Source of the DNA: the human T2T-CHM13v2.0 reference genome, Homo sapiens
Reading direction: 5' to 3' (one strand)
DNA length: 64,000 nucleotides
NCBI RefSeq assembly: GCF_009914755.1
Contig: NC_060928.1
In this document: positions 1 through 13,700 of the stretch, piece by piece
Numbering within the stretch: the first letter of the stretch is position 1
Layout of the letters: each line of letters starts with the position of its first letter
Made by a program: the position numbers and the translations under genes
Notes under the pieces: model-generated
What the model was told of the DNA's origin: nothing
The model's database searches: none
Seen by the model: the letters and a program-made list of their open reading frames with translations, nothing else

Positions 1-683
1 GAAGCAGCTTTCTAATATTTTACCATTAAAGTGAAATTACAGGATATATTGTGGTTCTGGATAAGTTACATATCCTTATATAAACATGTTACTTACAACT
101 ATATTAAACAGAAGAATAAAAAGTGGTACTCTTAAATAATTGACAATTACACTCTTTCCTAGAAATTTGGGTAAAACATTTGGTAGGTGCAATAATGTCT
201 TATACATTTCAAAGGCTGTCAGTTAGCAATCCAGACTGTTTCCCAATAGGTAAATTCAACAACGGTTAGATTCCCCACAATATAGACAGTAGTAAAGTGG
301 CTGATTAAAAAGATGGGAAAGTTTATCACTAGCAATTAAAGAAGCTTCCATTCCAGTTAGATAACTGATAGAATAATTAAATAAAGGATACGTACATATA
401 TGTATATTCCTAAAATCAATGGTCAAGACAAGAAGTATTATAACAGTTAGAGAAGTAAAAAAAAAAAAAAAAAAAAAAAAGACATAGCTGGGCCAAAGAA
501 GGCAAATTATGATAATTGAGAACATGGGAATGGATTTCTTTTTCAAGACACCTTGGTGACTAATGCAATATTTGGAAGATTGTTGAAAATAAGCATTAGA
601 ATTTCTGGTGGAATTAATTTAAAACTGTACCTTGTTGAAGTATATTTAAAACACACATATAAAGTAGCAAACAGAACAATTAC
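1..683 (-). other. GLRA3: Start of GLRA3 intron 2 (continues beyond the window); contains an A-run at ~457-480 (U-tract in pre-mRNA)
   Basis: Donor AAG|gtaatt at 683. Confidence 0.9.
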
Positions 684-811
684 CTTTAAAATTGGGTCTG
701 ATTCTTGCATCATATCCTGATGTCCTGCCCATTAATTTATCCAGAAAATCAGAAGGTGACATTGGAGCACTTCGAGATCTTGCACTGTCTGTTTCCTTTG
801 TGGCAACCAAA
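684..811 (-). CDS. GLRA3: Glycine receptor alpha-3 subunit, coding exon 2 (128 nt)
   Basis: Minus strand ttgttcttatttgtag|TTTGGTTGCC...AATTTTAAAG|gtaatt has canonical AG/GT ends. It translates to (S)[42 protein letters not shown](G), the GlyR alpha N-terminus ([20 protein letters not shown]). Phase matches exon 1. Confidence 0.98.
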
Positions 812-2566
812 CTACAAATAAGAACAAAAATATAGACTTTACAAAAAGAAGTATTTCTAATAATTGTTACCTACAAATATAAAATAGAAATGCTGAGCTA
901 AATATCTTTGGCAACAAAACATAAACCTTTAGATATCATACAGTGAAGATTATAATAAGATAGACATTTATAGATTTATAGTCAATACTTGTAAGGTTTC
1001 ATATCTATTCAGTCCAATTGTCAGAGGTGGCATTCTTTTGTATTAGACCTGAAAACAAAGGCCACTTCCAAAATATTAAGCTTTCAAATCTGTGTTTACA
1101 AAAGCCTTATTTCTGATAGCAATTTTTAACCAAATGTATCCTTATTGCTTTAGGTGTAAGAAAACATTAAAATTCAACTGTGAACTACAATCTTATTGCT
1201 TTTATTGAGGGAAAACATCTCTTTTCAGGTTTTGTGAATTATTCTTAGCAGTAAAAAACTTCTGTCTAATAAATTAAACAATGTTTTTTTCTTCAATTAG
1301 AGTGCTTCCTGAATTAGCAACACACAAAGTTAAATTCATTCTGCTTTTACCTACATGTCATTAGTCTACAATACCTTTCGTTCAGATCTAAAATTTGTGT
1401 GTCAAGATTGAGAAATTGCCATAAATGTACCATGTGCACCTGGATATTATATTAGTAGAACCTGTGTCCAGGAAAGGTAGTGTGTTCCTATATTCTTTTC
1501 ATTCAATTTTTTCCTTTGTGTCCAGCCACTTATCCTAGAAACCCATAGTGTAGGCTGCTTCTCCTGTCCAGCTCTTCACTTACATAGCCTTCTCCAACAG
1601 AAGCTGGGGCCTGCTTGTTAAGATCAAATGATTCTTTTTATCCACAGAGTTTTGCTCAGGAAAGTGACACTGACTTTCTGGAACTGATGTGTTCAAGCTG
1701 ATGTCACTTCCTGAAGATCATCAATCATCACATGCTCCCAGCTCTGTCATTCAACTCAGGACATTGCCAAATCAAACCATTTGGGTCACCACATGATCAT
1801 AACAAGATCAGTTATTAAATTCCTTAGATTTCTCCTGCCAGAATTTTAGTGAGAAGTACAACTGGGGCTTAGAGCCATCATCATTAAGTTGTTTACCACA
1901 GGGATATATGCAGTGATTCATGGGCACAGTTTTAAAATCTCATCAATCTTGGTGATAATATGAGAATGAGATTTCTGTAAGCACAGAATCACAAATAACA
2001 CTATCTATTAGCTGTTGCCCTGTTCTAGAGGTTCTGTCTGGTTCTGGGCACTCTGAGTCACTTGTTTCCCCAGTGACTCTCATTCTGTCATTCTCGCTTT
2101 CTTCCAGAATGGAAGCGTTTTTTCTCCCTATTCTGTTGGCTCCATGTGACTTCGTGATCCTTTATCTCTGATTATTATTGCTCAACCAAACTGTCATTGT
2201 GATCATTGGGAAGTTTATTCTAATACAAAAATCATTATAATAATAAATATATTTTTTTAAAAAAACCTATCTTCTCAATGACTCTAGAGCTTTATTCTAC
2301 CATCTGGTTTTAAGTAACTTTTTCCTCTCCTATCAAGAAGCATTTGTTTATATTCCATGGTTCAAGAATAGTGTGGAAAAGCATCGTTGGATTTTGTAGC
2401 TACATGCTGCTGCTTTTAAACCATTCTCTTTATTTCCCTTGCAAAATCTCTCCTTTCAATTATCAGAAAATAAACTTCTACCTCCTCCTACCAACAAATA
2501 TACCAATTTATCTTGACCTGAACCAATAATACTCTGCCTCCTTCTCTTTTAAAAATACTAGACGAT

Positions 2567-2897
<331 letters not shown>

Positions 2898-2929
2898 CTA
2901 TGTATACTGAACCACAATCCTTCACATTG

Positions 2930-3345
2930 TGCACAGAATGTGGGAACGTTATCCTAGATTATCAAGGGCAGTTCTATATGCAACAACATGTAAGGATATA
3001 TGTATGTATAAAGATACATGAAACAGTATCCTTATAAGGATATTTATCCTTATAAAAAGGAGGCAGAATTATATTTGATGACAGACAGAAGAGGGAAGGC
3101 AATGTGACCATGGAGACAGGAATTGGGGTGACGCGGCCACAGCAAAGGAATGCTGGCAGCCACCAGAAGCTGGAAGAGAAAAGGAATGGATTCTTCCCCA
3201 GAGTTTCTGGAGGTAGCACGGACCTACTCACACCTTGATTTTGACCCAGTGAACTGATTCCAGACTTCTGGCCTGCAGAACTGTTAGAGAATAGATTTCT
3301 GTTCTTTGTGGTAATTTGCTACAGTTGCCATTGGAAACGAATACC
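2930..3345 (+). mobile_element. MLT1-family (MaLR) LTR
   Basis: Typical MLT1 motifs gccacagcaaaggaatgctggcagccaccagaagctggaagag, gacttctggcctgcagaactg and ggtaatttgctacag...ggaaacgaatac. Confidence 0.8.
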
Positions 3346-5080
3346 AACCTTCTATTGAATTTTTCATGTCTGTCATGCTGCTTTTCAACCCCAGAATTAC
3401 TCTTTGGTTCTTTTTTTATAATCTCTATCTCATTATTTCCTTTTTGGTGGGACACTATCATACTTTCTTTTTAGCTCTTTGTACATGGTTTCCTTTAATT
3501 TTTAAAATGTGCTTAAAATAGTTGATTTGAAGTCTTTGTCTTGTAATTGCAATGTCTTTGCCTCCCTAAGCATGCTTCTATTGATTGCATTTTTCCTGTG
3601 TTTGGTCCATATATTTTCGTTTCTTTGAGAAACTTGTAACTTTTATTGAAAACTGGACATTTTAAGTAATATACTGTGGCGACTATGGAAATCATATTGT
3701 CTTTTCTCCCCAGAGTTTGGTGTTGTTGCTCTTTTTTAAATGGACTTTTTTGAACTAATTCTGTAAAGTCTACTTTCTTTATAATATGTGACAATTAGAA
3801 TATCTACTTGGTTAGCTTAGAGGTCAGCTACTAATTGAACATGGATTTTATTAATTTCTAGAACCAATAAGTGACTCAGTATTTGCTGGGGGTTCTGTGT
3901 CATGGGGTCATACCTTCAACACTATGTCAGGCAGTTGATTACTTTGGACTTTACTTTCACTTGTGTGAGGCCTAAAAGTCAGCCAGAGTTGAGCGCTAAG
4001 GGTGTTTTCAGGTCTTTCCTGAGCATGCACACAACCCTGGGTGTACTACTTTGCTAGTGCTGCCATGACATAGTATCAAGAACAGGTGGCTAATGCAACA
4101 GAAATTAACTTTCCCACAATTCTAAAAGTCCAAGATCAAGTTGTCAGCAGGGTTGGTTTCCTCCGAGGCCCTCCCTTGTTGGCTTGTAGATGTCCATTTT
4201 CTGTTTTTTTTTAATGATCTTTTCTTCACGTGTGTCTGTTCTAACTTCTTCTTATAAGCACACAAGGCATATTGGATTAGGGCATATTGTTTTACATCAA
4301 TTACCTCTTGGTAAGGTAACAGACCTTACCTCCAAATAAAGTCATGTCTGGAGGTACTGGCAGGTAGGACTTCAACATAGGAGTGTTGGGAGAAAAAAAT
4401 TCAGCCCATACGTGTGGCCTTCCAGATAACCAGGAATATATGCAGTTTTTCCAAACCCATATGGACATATCATTCCAATGCTTTCCGTTTAACATTTTTG
4501 TTAAGTATATTGTGTGCCCACACTATTACTGATTGCCTTAGGCACCTGTGAAGTTAAAAAAATGACTCTAAATGTTTTAAACAAACTTCTTCAGGAAAAA
4601 GGCTTTTGGCGGTGGGTGAACTCCAAGTTAGGTCACAGAAAAATAGATTTGCAAATGGGGTCTTCCAGAAAACCTGCAGACAAGTTAAATAATGATCATT
4701 CTTAAAGAATAAGGCCTTAAAGGAGTTCAGACTCCATGCTGTCCCCTCTGGTGGCTGCCAGGTTGTGGACTTTTCCTGTAATTTGGGGCTATTGGTTTAC
4801 GTTGTCACCACGGAGCTGAAGAGAGGGGGTGGGAAGTTGAGCAAATTATAATGCCACAAATCCCACTGTTTTTACTAAGAGAAAAATGTTTTTCTTCAAT
4901 ATACAACTTCAGGAATCACTACAAGCCTCTGATTAATTGTCAGACTTTTGAAAAAGTTGATTCTCACAATTATTTTTTTGCCAGTTTTCTTGTTGCTTTC
5001 ATAAAGAAGAGAATTTATGGAGGTCCTTACTCTACTATGTGTTTCTTACTGTATTATTTTTGCTGATGTCACTCTCTAAT
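3346..5080 (-). mobile_element. Old L1M 5'/ORF1 fragment interrupted by an MLT1 LTR
   Basis: T-rich antisense L1-like sequence (ttttcaaccccagaattactctttggttctttttttataatctctatctc) on both sides of 4042-4411. Confidence 0.6.
4042..4411 (-). mobile_element. MLT1A/B-type LTR
   Basis: aagtccaagatcaagttgtcagcagggttggtttcctccgaggcc ... ggacttcaacatag ... aattcagcccatac. Confidence 0.8.
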
Positions 5081-5287
5081 AATGCCTTCCTAGACTTCTT
5101 TTTATATTTGTTTTACTATATCTTTGCTTTAAATAACCATGTCCCTCACAGCTCCATTCTGGAGCTCTTCCATTGCTCTCTTTGTGAGTAATTTTATTTA
5201 CTCCCATGGTATCAACTGCATACCATGATACCATTTTGCAGGCCTTTCAAAAAAATACCTGTTTTCTTAAGTAATGTCAAAATTTAC

Positions 5288-5611
<324 letters not shown>

Positions 5612-6341
5612 TAATATATGTCCAAAAACTGTAGAGTAAATATTCTAAGTGACTGTTATTCTTGTGGCAATAATAAAGGAATAATTCTATCTATCATCTA
5701 TCTTTTCATATATATTTTCAGATATGGCAAGTATTAGTCAGCACAATAAAGAAAAAATAAAAGACTAAGATTAATTAAGATTAAATCTTAATTAATTTTA
5801 GATTTAAGATTTTCACTATCTACCAACAACTTTGACAAAAAAGTAATTTTATTTATCTAGGCAGACCAATGCTAAATTTTAATGATAATAATCCCTTTCA
5901 TTCATGCAAATCATATCTTGCAAAAGTCTGTCTTTTTCTAGTTTTCATTAACTCATTTCTAAAATATTTTTCCAAATGTTACAATTGAACATTAATCTTA
6001 AAATAGAATAAGAAAATAAAAAAATCACATTTTTCTCATCTCATACTAAGCAATCACTTATCCATTGAAACCCACCTATTATAATAGTTTGATATTTGAA
6101 CCAATATGAGAAATAAGGTATTAAAAATTCTCCAGTAGTGGATGTAGAGATGTCATCTCTGTGCACTTTTTAAAAAAATATTACTCCAAATACAAGTAGT
6201 GGTAGGGACTGGCATGTTAAGTGCCACGTGATGCTTGCATTTTCTGTAGTATATGATCATGTTGCTTAAGAACTCCTAGAATTCTGGACATTTATAGGAA
6301 GGCAACAGCGTTAAACAATCAAAATACAACACAATTTTATG

Positions 6342-6375
6342 CACACACGCACACACACACATACACACCACACAC
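6342..6375. repeat. Imperfect (CA)n microsatellite
   Basis: cacacacgcacacacacacatacacaccacacac. Confidence 0.85.
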
Positions 6376-7867
6376 TATGCTCACTATAATTGTATTGTCC
6401 CAAATTCCTGGTTGAATATTTCAAACCCTATTAACAAGCACTCTCAGCACCCAATTATCCCTTTCGAATAACTAAATTTAAAAAGCAAGATAGTTATTGT
6501 TTAAATATGACAAACTCATTCTTAATCTTTTTGAAGGTTAAAAATTGTTATTAATATTTTAAGTCTTATCTCATTTCTTTTGATGTATTCAAAAAACAAT
6601 AATTGAGCTACTGCAATAACTGCTTTCCTGAAATTTGATCTGATATTGGTTCTGTAAAAATTCTATTTGAAATATACTTTCATTGCCAAAAATATTTGCT
6701 TCCAAGTATATTACGTAAAAATCATGACTAATTCACCAGGGGTGGGAATATATAAAAGTCCATTTAATAGAGGACAAGAGTTTTATGAGTAGTGGCTCAT
6801 TCATTTATTTATTTAACAGCCGTTATTGACATGTTCCAAAGAGCCTGGCATCATGCCTAGAATAGTCTCAAAGAGAAAAAAGTTAGAAATAAATAAATAA
6901 TTATATATATTTATATTGTATATATATATAACCTCAGTGCTTAACCTTTTTAAAGATCAACATGTTGTTAAAATAGTTTCTGCTAATATATAAATTTTCC
7001 TTGTTTATGCAATTAATAATTAAATTAAACTGGAGGAAGAAAAACATACTACCTTTTATCACTAACATAGACCAAGACGGAAGATATATCTTTGGTAAAT
7101 ACCTTTAGAAAGATGTGAAGTATTTCATCTGGTAGCAGAAAATCTACTAAAATTATCTGCTTTCTCTGAAAACAGTTATATATTTTATAGTCAAATGTCC
7201 CATTATCTTTTTCTATTCTTTAATACTGGAAATTAAAAATATATTTTACCATAAATGTGAATTAAACACAAAATTATGGTTCTTTTGACATGGCACTTAA
7301 AATTAATAAATGCACAAATATAATTTGATAAATGTATTGAGAACTATACATGAAATATACATTGGTCTGGGATGGAGGAGGAATATGTAAGAGGTGATAA
7401 ACTGTTTTTAAAGTACAATACACAAACTTTTATAAGCCTTTTATAAATGGAGAAAAGTTTACTACTAATAAAATTAAAGTGCATTTATTTATTATGTAAA
7501 AGTATCCTTTCTTATACCATAATGTAATCAAATATATGGTATATATTGCAAAAATGATTTTTGAGTTCTTATGTAATTTGTTCGATGCAAAGCACTGTGC
7601 TACAAACAGTAAAGTATATAAAACACAAATCTGAATCTTTAAAGTGTTCACAGTTCAGTCGATTACTCTGTGTGGTCTCCTTATGAAGTGAGCAGGAGCT
7701 GAAAAATGAGAAGATAATGAAGTAAATGATCCGTTGGTTCCCTTCTTAATACGGTGTGAGCGAAATCCTTATGTTTTGTAACAGGAATCAAAACCAAACT
7801 CTACAGATTGATGCCTATAAAATGAGAAAATTCTGAAAAGATTAATATTTAAATTTTCTTTATGACT

Positions 7868-8243
7868 TGCTATGGTCTCAATGTCATATGGTCTCAATGC
7901 CATGAATTTTGGACTCCCCAAAAGTCATATGTTAAAATTCTAAACCCTAAGTTGATGGTAATAGGAGTGGGGACCTTTGGGAGGAGATTCGGTCATAAGG
8001 GCTCCAAATGAGATTAGTGCCTTTATGAAAGAGGCCCCAGAGATTTTCCTTGCCCCTTCCACCATGTGAGGTTACAGTGAAAAGAGAGTGGTCAATGTAC
8101 CAGGAAGCAGGCCCAAAACCAGACAATTTGCTGGTGCTCTGATCTTAGACTTCCCAGCCTCAAGAACCAGGAGAAATAAATTGTGTTGTGTATAAGCCAT
8201 CCAGTTTATAGTATTTTGTTTTTGCAGCCTGAAAGGACTCAAG
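7868..8243 (+). mobile_element. MLT1A/MST-type MaLR LTR
   Basis: tgctatggtctcaatg start; ttagtgcctttatgaaagaggcccc; gatcttagacttcccagcctc; aataaattgtgttgtgtataagccatccagttt. Confidence 0.8.
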
Positions 8244-8400
8244 TACTACTGATGTTTCCTTCAATGATACAGACTCATTCAATTGCTTATGGGCAATTGA
8301 TTTTACTTTTAAAGATTCACATTTTTTACACAAAAGAATTTATTGTTGGCAAATTTACATTGAGTTATTGGCTAAAAAGCATTTTTACATAGTCTATCCC

Positions 8401-8702
8401 TTTCTTTCTTTCTTTTTTTTTTTTAGACGGAGTCTCGCTCTGTCACCAGGCTGGAGTGCAGAGGCGCGATCTTGGCTGACTGAAACCTCCGCCTCCTGGG
8501 TTCAAGCGATTCTCCTGCCTCAGCCCCCCGAGTAGCTGGGACTACAGGCATATGCCACCACGCCCAGCTAATTTTTGTACTTTCAGCAGAGACAGGGTTT
8601 CTCCATGTTGGCCAAGATGGTCTGGATCTCTTGATTTCGTGATCCACCCTTCTCAGCCTCCCAAATTGCTGGGATTACAAGCATAAGCCACCGCGCCTGG
8701 CC
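8401..8702 (-). mobile_element. AluS (Sc-like)
   Basis: T-tail, agacggagtctcgctctgtcaccaggctgg ... gccaccgcgcctggcc. Confidence 0.93.
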
Positions 8703-9520
8703 CCTTCCTCTTCTGAAAGGGGTGGAGGCTTTGCTTACAGAAAGACTTCCTATCAGCTAAACTCTTACTTTAATATATTTCTCCTAAAACTTTCTTCTTA
8801 TTACAGTAATATCTGAGCCTTGTACCATGTGAACATTAGCAGACAGCCCTTAGAAAACTAGTCATTTAAGGGAACTCACAGTAATAAATACATAGTATGA
8901 GGCTCCATATAACCAATTTGGCAGCCTACTCTAAATTTGAAATAGCCCACATCATTTGTACACACATATTCAAAAACTTTTTTTAAGTTTTTTAAAACTC
9001 AGGGTAGGAAGAGGCAGTGAAAAGAAACCCAATATTAATTTAGAATGAATTTTGGATAAGAAACTTTACCATCAAAGCCATTTCTATTTTGTCTAAACCT
9101 CCTAGTTTCAACAGAGCTGACGTATTTATAGCAAGTTACTAAGATTGTTAGCAAATTAGCTATGATCGGTACTTTGGAAGGAAGCAGCTTTGACTTTTTC
9201 GAGTAGTCTTTTATTTATGAATCTCCTCAAAATCTGTGGTAATTAGCTTGCCTCCCACACTTCACTCTTCTTTTCTGTGCTGCACCAAGTATTTCATTTA
9301 CTATTAACTTTTCTTGGGAACTCTGTGTGGGCTCATACACATTCCCATCAATGAATTTTTTTTAACTTAGGTATTTTATATATTCTTATTTATATAAAGA
9401 CATGCTACTTGAAAGTTCAGAAACTTTAATTTCATAAATGTTGGCAGAAACCAATTCATTCAAGTATTGAAACAGAACATCAAAATCTAACAATAATATC
9501 CAATAAGATAAGAGAGTAAT

Positions 9521-9805
9521 AGCTGGGTGCATTGGCTCACACCTGTAATCCCAGCACCGGGAGGCCAAGGTGGGAGGATGACTGAGTCCAGGAGTTTGAG
9601 ACCAGCCTGAGCAACATAGCAAGACCTCTTCTCTACAAAAAAATCAAAAATTAGCTGAAGAGATAGCAAACGCCTCTAGTCCCAGCTACTCTGAGGCAGG
9701 AGAATCGCCTGATCCCTGGTGGTCAAAGCTGCAGAGAGCCATGACTGTGTCACTGCACTCCATCTTGGGCAACAGAGTGAGACCCTATCTCAAAAAAAAA
9801 AAAAA
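9521..9805 (+). mobile_element. AluJ
   Basis: J-type ggaggatgactgagtccaggagtttgag and gcaacatagcaagacc; A tail. Confidence 0.9.
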
Positions 9806-10510
9806 TGATAGGGGAGTAAAATATATTCACTCACTTTTGGAGGATGAAAATAGCCAATAAATACAGATGCTTTTATGATGACTTTTAATATAATTGCCAA
9901 TAAGTATCTCTGCTAAATACACCTTAAAATTTTCAGAGAAAATACGAAAGTTGAAGGTGAGAAACATAACGTGGGTTTGAGACAGACCTTGAGACATGGG
10001 GCCACAATGTTCCATGTATCTCTTTTCAAAAGTTATTTGCACAGAGGGAAGAATGACTCTTGGGGAACAAATCAGTGCCCAGGCTCCTGAAGCAGGGAAG
10101 GTTTGGGGTATGATGGAGAAAGAGAGTTTACTATGTATTCACTACCTCCGTGGGCCAGTCCTGTAGAGTTATGGGCCCTTGTGAAAAAAAATTTAGTATT
10201 TGGGCTTTTCTAATTTGTAAGTAACATAAGCAATTGATATTTCTAGCCACAGTTTGAAAAATAAGATACAGAATGAAAGATATGAGCCTTTTACCCATCT
10301 CCCTATGCTTCAATGTAGGGAGAACTAAAGAGAAACTTGGTCATCTGGGAATATGTGATGTTTCGAGTATTTCAAACTAAATCAAAGTGGCTAAGAAAAA
10401 GAATCATTGCAGTGAAGACACTACCAGTGAAGTAGGCCTTAAGTTAATTTTTGGACATTAATAATTAAAAAAAGAAGGCCACCATGGAAGAATATTTAAA
10501 AGACTTTTAA

Positions 10511-10935
<425 letters not shown>

Positions 10936-10994
10936 CTACCTGCAGTTGAATAAGGACTTAGGAATTTTAATTTTTCGCAGATAAATGATAGCTG

Positions 10995-11150
10995 CTTCCT
11001 GATATCTTAGGCACAGGATTAATATACATATCATTTAATTACCATAATAATGTTATTAGTCATAATTACCTATGGATTACAGATGAAGAAACAAAGGTAT
11101 ATAGAAAAGTTAGTAATTTTTCTAGGCCACTCAAATATTGAAAGTAGAAG
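10995..11150. mobile_element. MIR fragment
   Basis: MIR core-like ttacagatgaagaaacaaagg...gttagtaatttttctaggccac. Confidence 0.6.
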
Positions 11151-11169
11151 CCTACACTTTAAAACAAAC

Positions 11170-12110
11170 CAAAGCTTCCGCTTAAAGCAACTAGAAAAGG
11201 TTCTTTAAAAAGTGCCATGGCAGTGCTAAAAACACCAGTGAAAAATGACATGATTGAGACCTAGATAAAAAGAAATTCGAAGGCAATCCCTATATTTGGA
11301 GATGCATGTCCCTTTGGGGTGGCAATAAATTCCGTAAGTCGTAACTGAGAGGCTAACAACCTGAACACCAGTTTTGAAAACTTTATGGATTTAGTAAGAC
11401 AAAAATTGCATTCTAGGATTCACCAAAATGGCGAACTCACATGAGTTAGAGATCTCAAAGAATTACAACTTTTAAGAATTCAACTTTAGTAAGAATGACC
11501 CAGAAATACAGAACCTTAGAAAGAAGATAAGTATTACTTGAAATCCTCTCAATTTCCAAAGCTGGAATGCAATACTAACCCCAGGTTGCTAGCAACTTAC
11601 CTCTCTAAATAAATGCAAACATATTAAATACATCATTTTGGGAGGAAGAATATATCACTCTAAACCTCAAATTTTATCTGATTCATATGTACAACACCTG
11701 GGATGTAATATAAATAAGCAGGAAAAAAAGTAAAAGAGAATTAACTTTAAGATCTTCAACTCAAGACAAATGTGAAATAGAAATAGATAAACCAAAGATT
11801 CAGATGATGAATTTGTTACAGTGATTAAGCTTTATATGTTTAAGTAGATAAAAAATAAAAAAACTGAGAATTTCAACATGGAAATCTATTATAATTAATA
11901 ACTAAATGGCAATTCCATAATTTAAGAATGAAATAAAATTAAGAACTCAATTATCTTAACAGCAGATTAGGCATAGCTAAAAAGAGAATTACTTGTTCGG
12001 AAAGCAAACCAGAAGAAAATGTATAGAAGGCAGTATGGAAAGTTGATAAAATGAAAGATAGAGAATAGACTTGATACATCATAGTAAACATGCAAAAATA
12101 AATGCAAAAA
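11170..12110 (+). mobile_element. Ancient L1M/HAL1 5'-ORF1-like fragment
   Basis: A-rich ORF1-like segment aagaactcaattatcttaacagcagattaggcatagctaaaagagaatta...ccagaagaaaat. Confidence 0.5.
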
Positions 12111-12588
12111 GAAAAATTATAAGGGCAGTTGATAGTAAAGTAATTTAAAATTTTTCATAGATTTTATATGGACTTTAAGAAGATTAATTTTAACTACTTT
12201 CTGATAATTAATTTTTGTAATTAATAGACATAACTTAATGTGGTGCACTGGCTAATTAATTCAGGAAAGTGAGGTTTTGCTGATTTCTACATCAGACATT
12301 CTGTCTCCTTTTCAGTTTGTGTAGCATACTCTCAAATGGATTTTAGCACTTCCTTTCAGTCACACTGCATCTCCTGATTTCATTTATTTTCCAATAAACA
12401 ACACCCTCTCTACAGGGTCATTCCTATAAGCATTCAAACCATGCTTTTATTTGTATTGTTAAAACCAAACCCCCCCCGCCAAAAAAACTTTCTTTACTCT
12501 ATCACTTGTCTCAGCCACCTGCCCCTTTCTCTTAAAAGCAAAACTTTAATTACACATACGCACAATGTCTAATTCCTCTCTGTATATA

Positions 12589-13039
12589 GACAGTGCCTAG
12601 CTTATGATGATTTGACTTACTATTTTTTGACTTTCTGTTGTGGAATCTGATGCTTATGCCTGCCTTATGATGATTCAACTTACTATTTTTTGACTTTCTG
12701 ATGGTTTGGGCTGCCATTTGTTTGTTGTTGTTGTTGTTAAAAAACTGACAATGGCTGGCTTAAAATAATACAGATTACATCTGTTTTTTCTCTCAGTACA
12801 GTTTTCAGTACATTACATGAGATATTCAACACTTCATTATAAAATAGACTTTGTATTAGATGATTTTGTCCAACTGTAGGCTAATAATGTAAGTGTACTC
12901 AGCATGTTTAAGGTAGAGTCGGCTAAACTATGATGTGCAGTAGCTTAGGTATACTGAATATATTTTCAACTCAGGATATTTTCAACTTATGATGAGTTTA
13001 TCAAGATGTAACCTCATCATAAGTTGAGCAACATCTGTA
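12589..13039 (-). mobile_element. MER47/Tigger5-type TcMar DNA transposon fossil, inserted in an L2
   Basis: Ends ...aacctcatcataagttgagcaacatctg|ta; internal ttagatgattttgtccaactgtaggctaat; flanked by L2-like CT-rich sequence. Confidence 0.75.
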
Positions 13040-13700
13040 TTTACTCTTGAATCCACACCAGCCTCTTTCACCACTCCATCAGTAAAATGCTCTTGTCAAG
13101 GTCCTAATATCCTCCACAGAGCTAAATCCAATTAATTCATATTGAGACTTTTTTCTCTAATGACACGTCCCTTGGTGATATTATCCAGTCTAATAGTTTC
13201 AGACATAGTATAGATTACATTGAGCAATTTCAGTTTATATCTCGAGCTATGAATTCCCCTGCACTACAGACTATTGGGTCCAACTGCCTACTTGTCATCT
13301 CCACTTGGATATCTGACATTACATCTAAATCAAACTCTTGTCATTTCCACACAAGTTTGCTCTTTCTGCATTCCTTTCAAACTTGGTTAATAGCAGCTCT
13401 ATTCTTCCAATTCTCAAGATGAAAATCTTTGCTAATTACTGACTCCACTTCTAACTTTTACATATCATATCCATCCTGTTGGCCTTACCATCTAATTTTA
13501 TCCATAATTCAACCACACCTTACCATGTTCTCTTTGACTGGTCTATTCCAACTTACTACTAGTGATTGCCTTTGCCTAAAGTGCTCATGGTCCTCTATTC
13601 ATCTCATTAACTCTTACTTTCATTATGATCCAGATTTAAGCATAATTCCCCCAGGAAGCCTTAAGTATTCTCTCTGATTTTAGAAAATACTGCTAAAATG
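13040..13700 (+). mobile_element. L2 fragments
   Basis: ccaactgcctacttgtcatctccacttggatatctg, an L2 hallmark. Confidence 0.65.

Noticed and set aside
409-480. Cryptic minus-strand acceptor in intron 2 (U-run, ctctaac branch-like motif, ttttag|G at 409)
   Set aside because: No good downstream donor nearby, and the following sequence is AT-rich with stops. Insufficient support for an exon.
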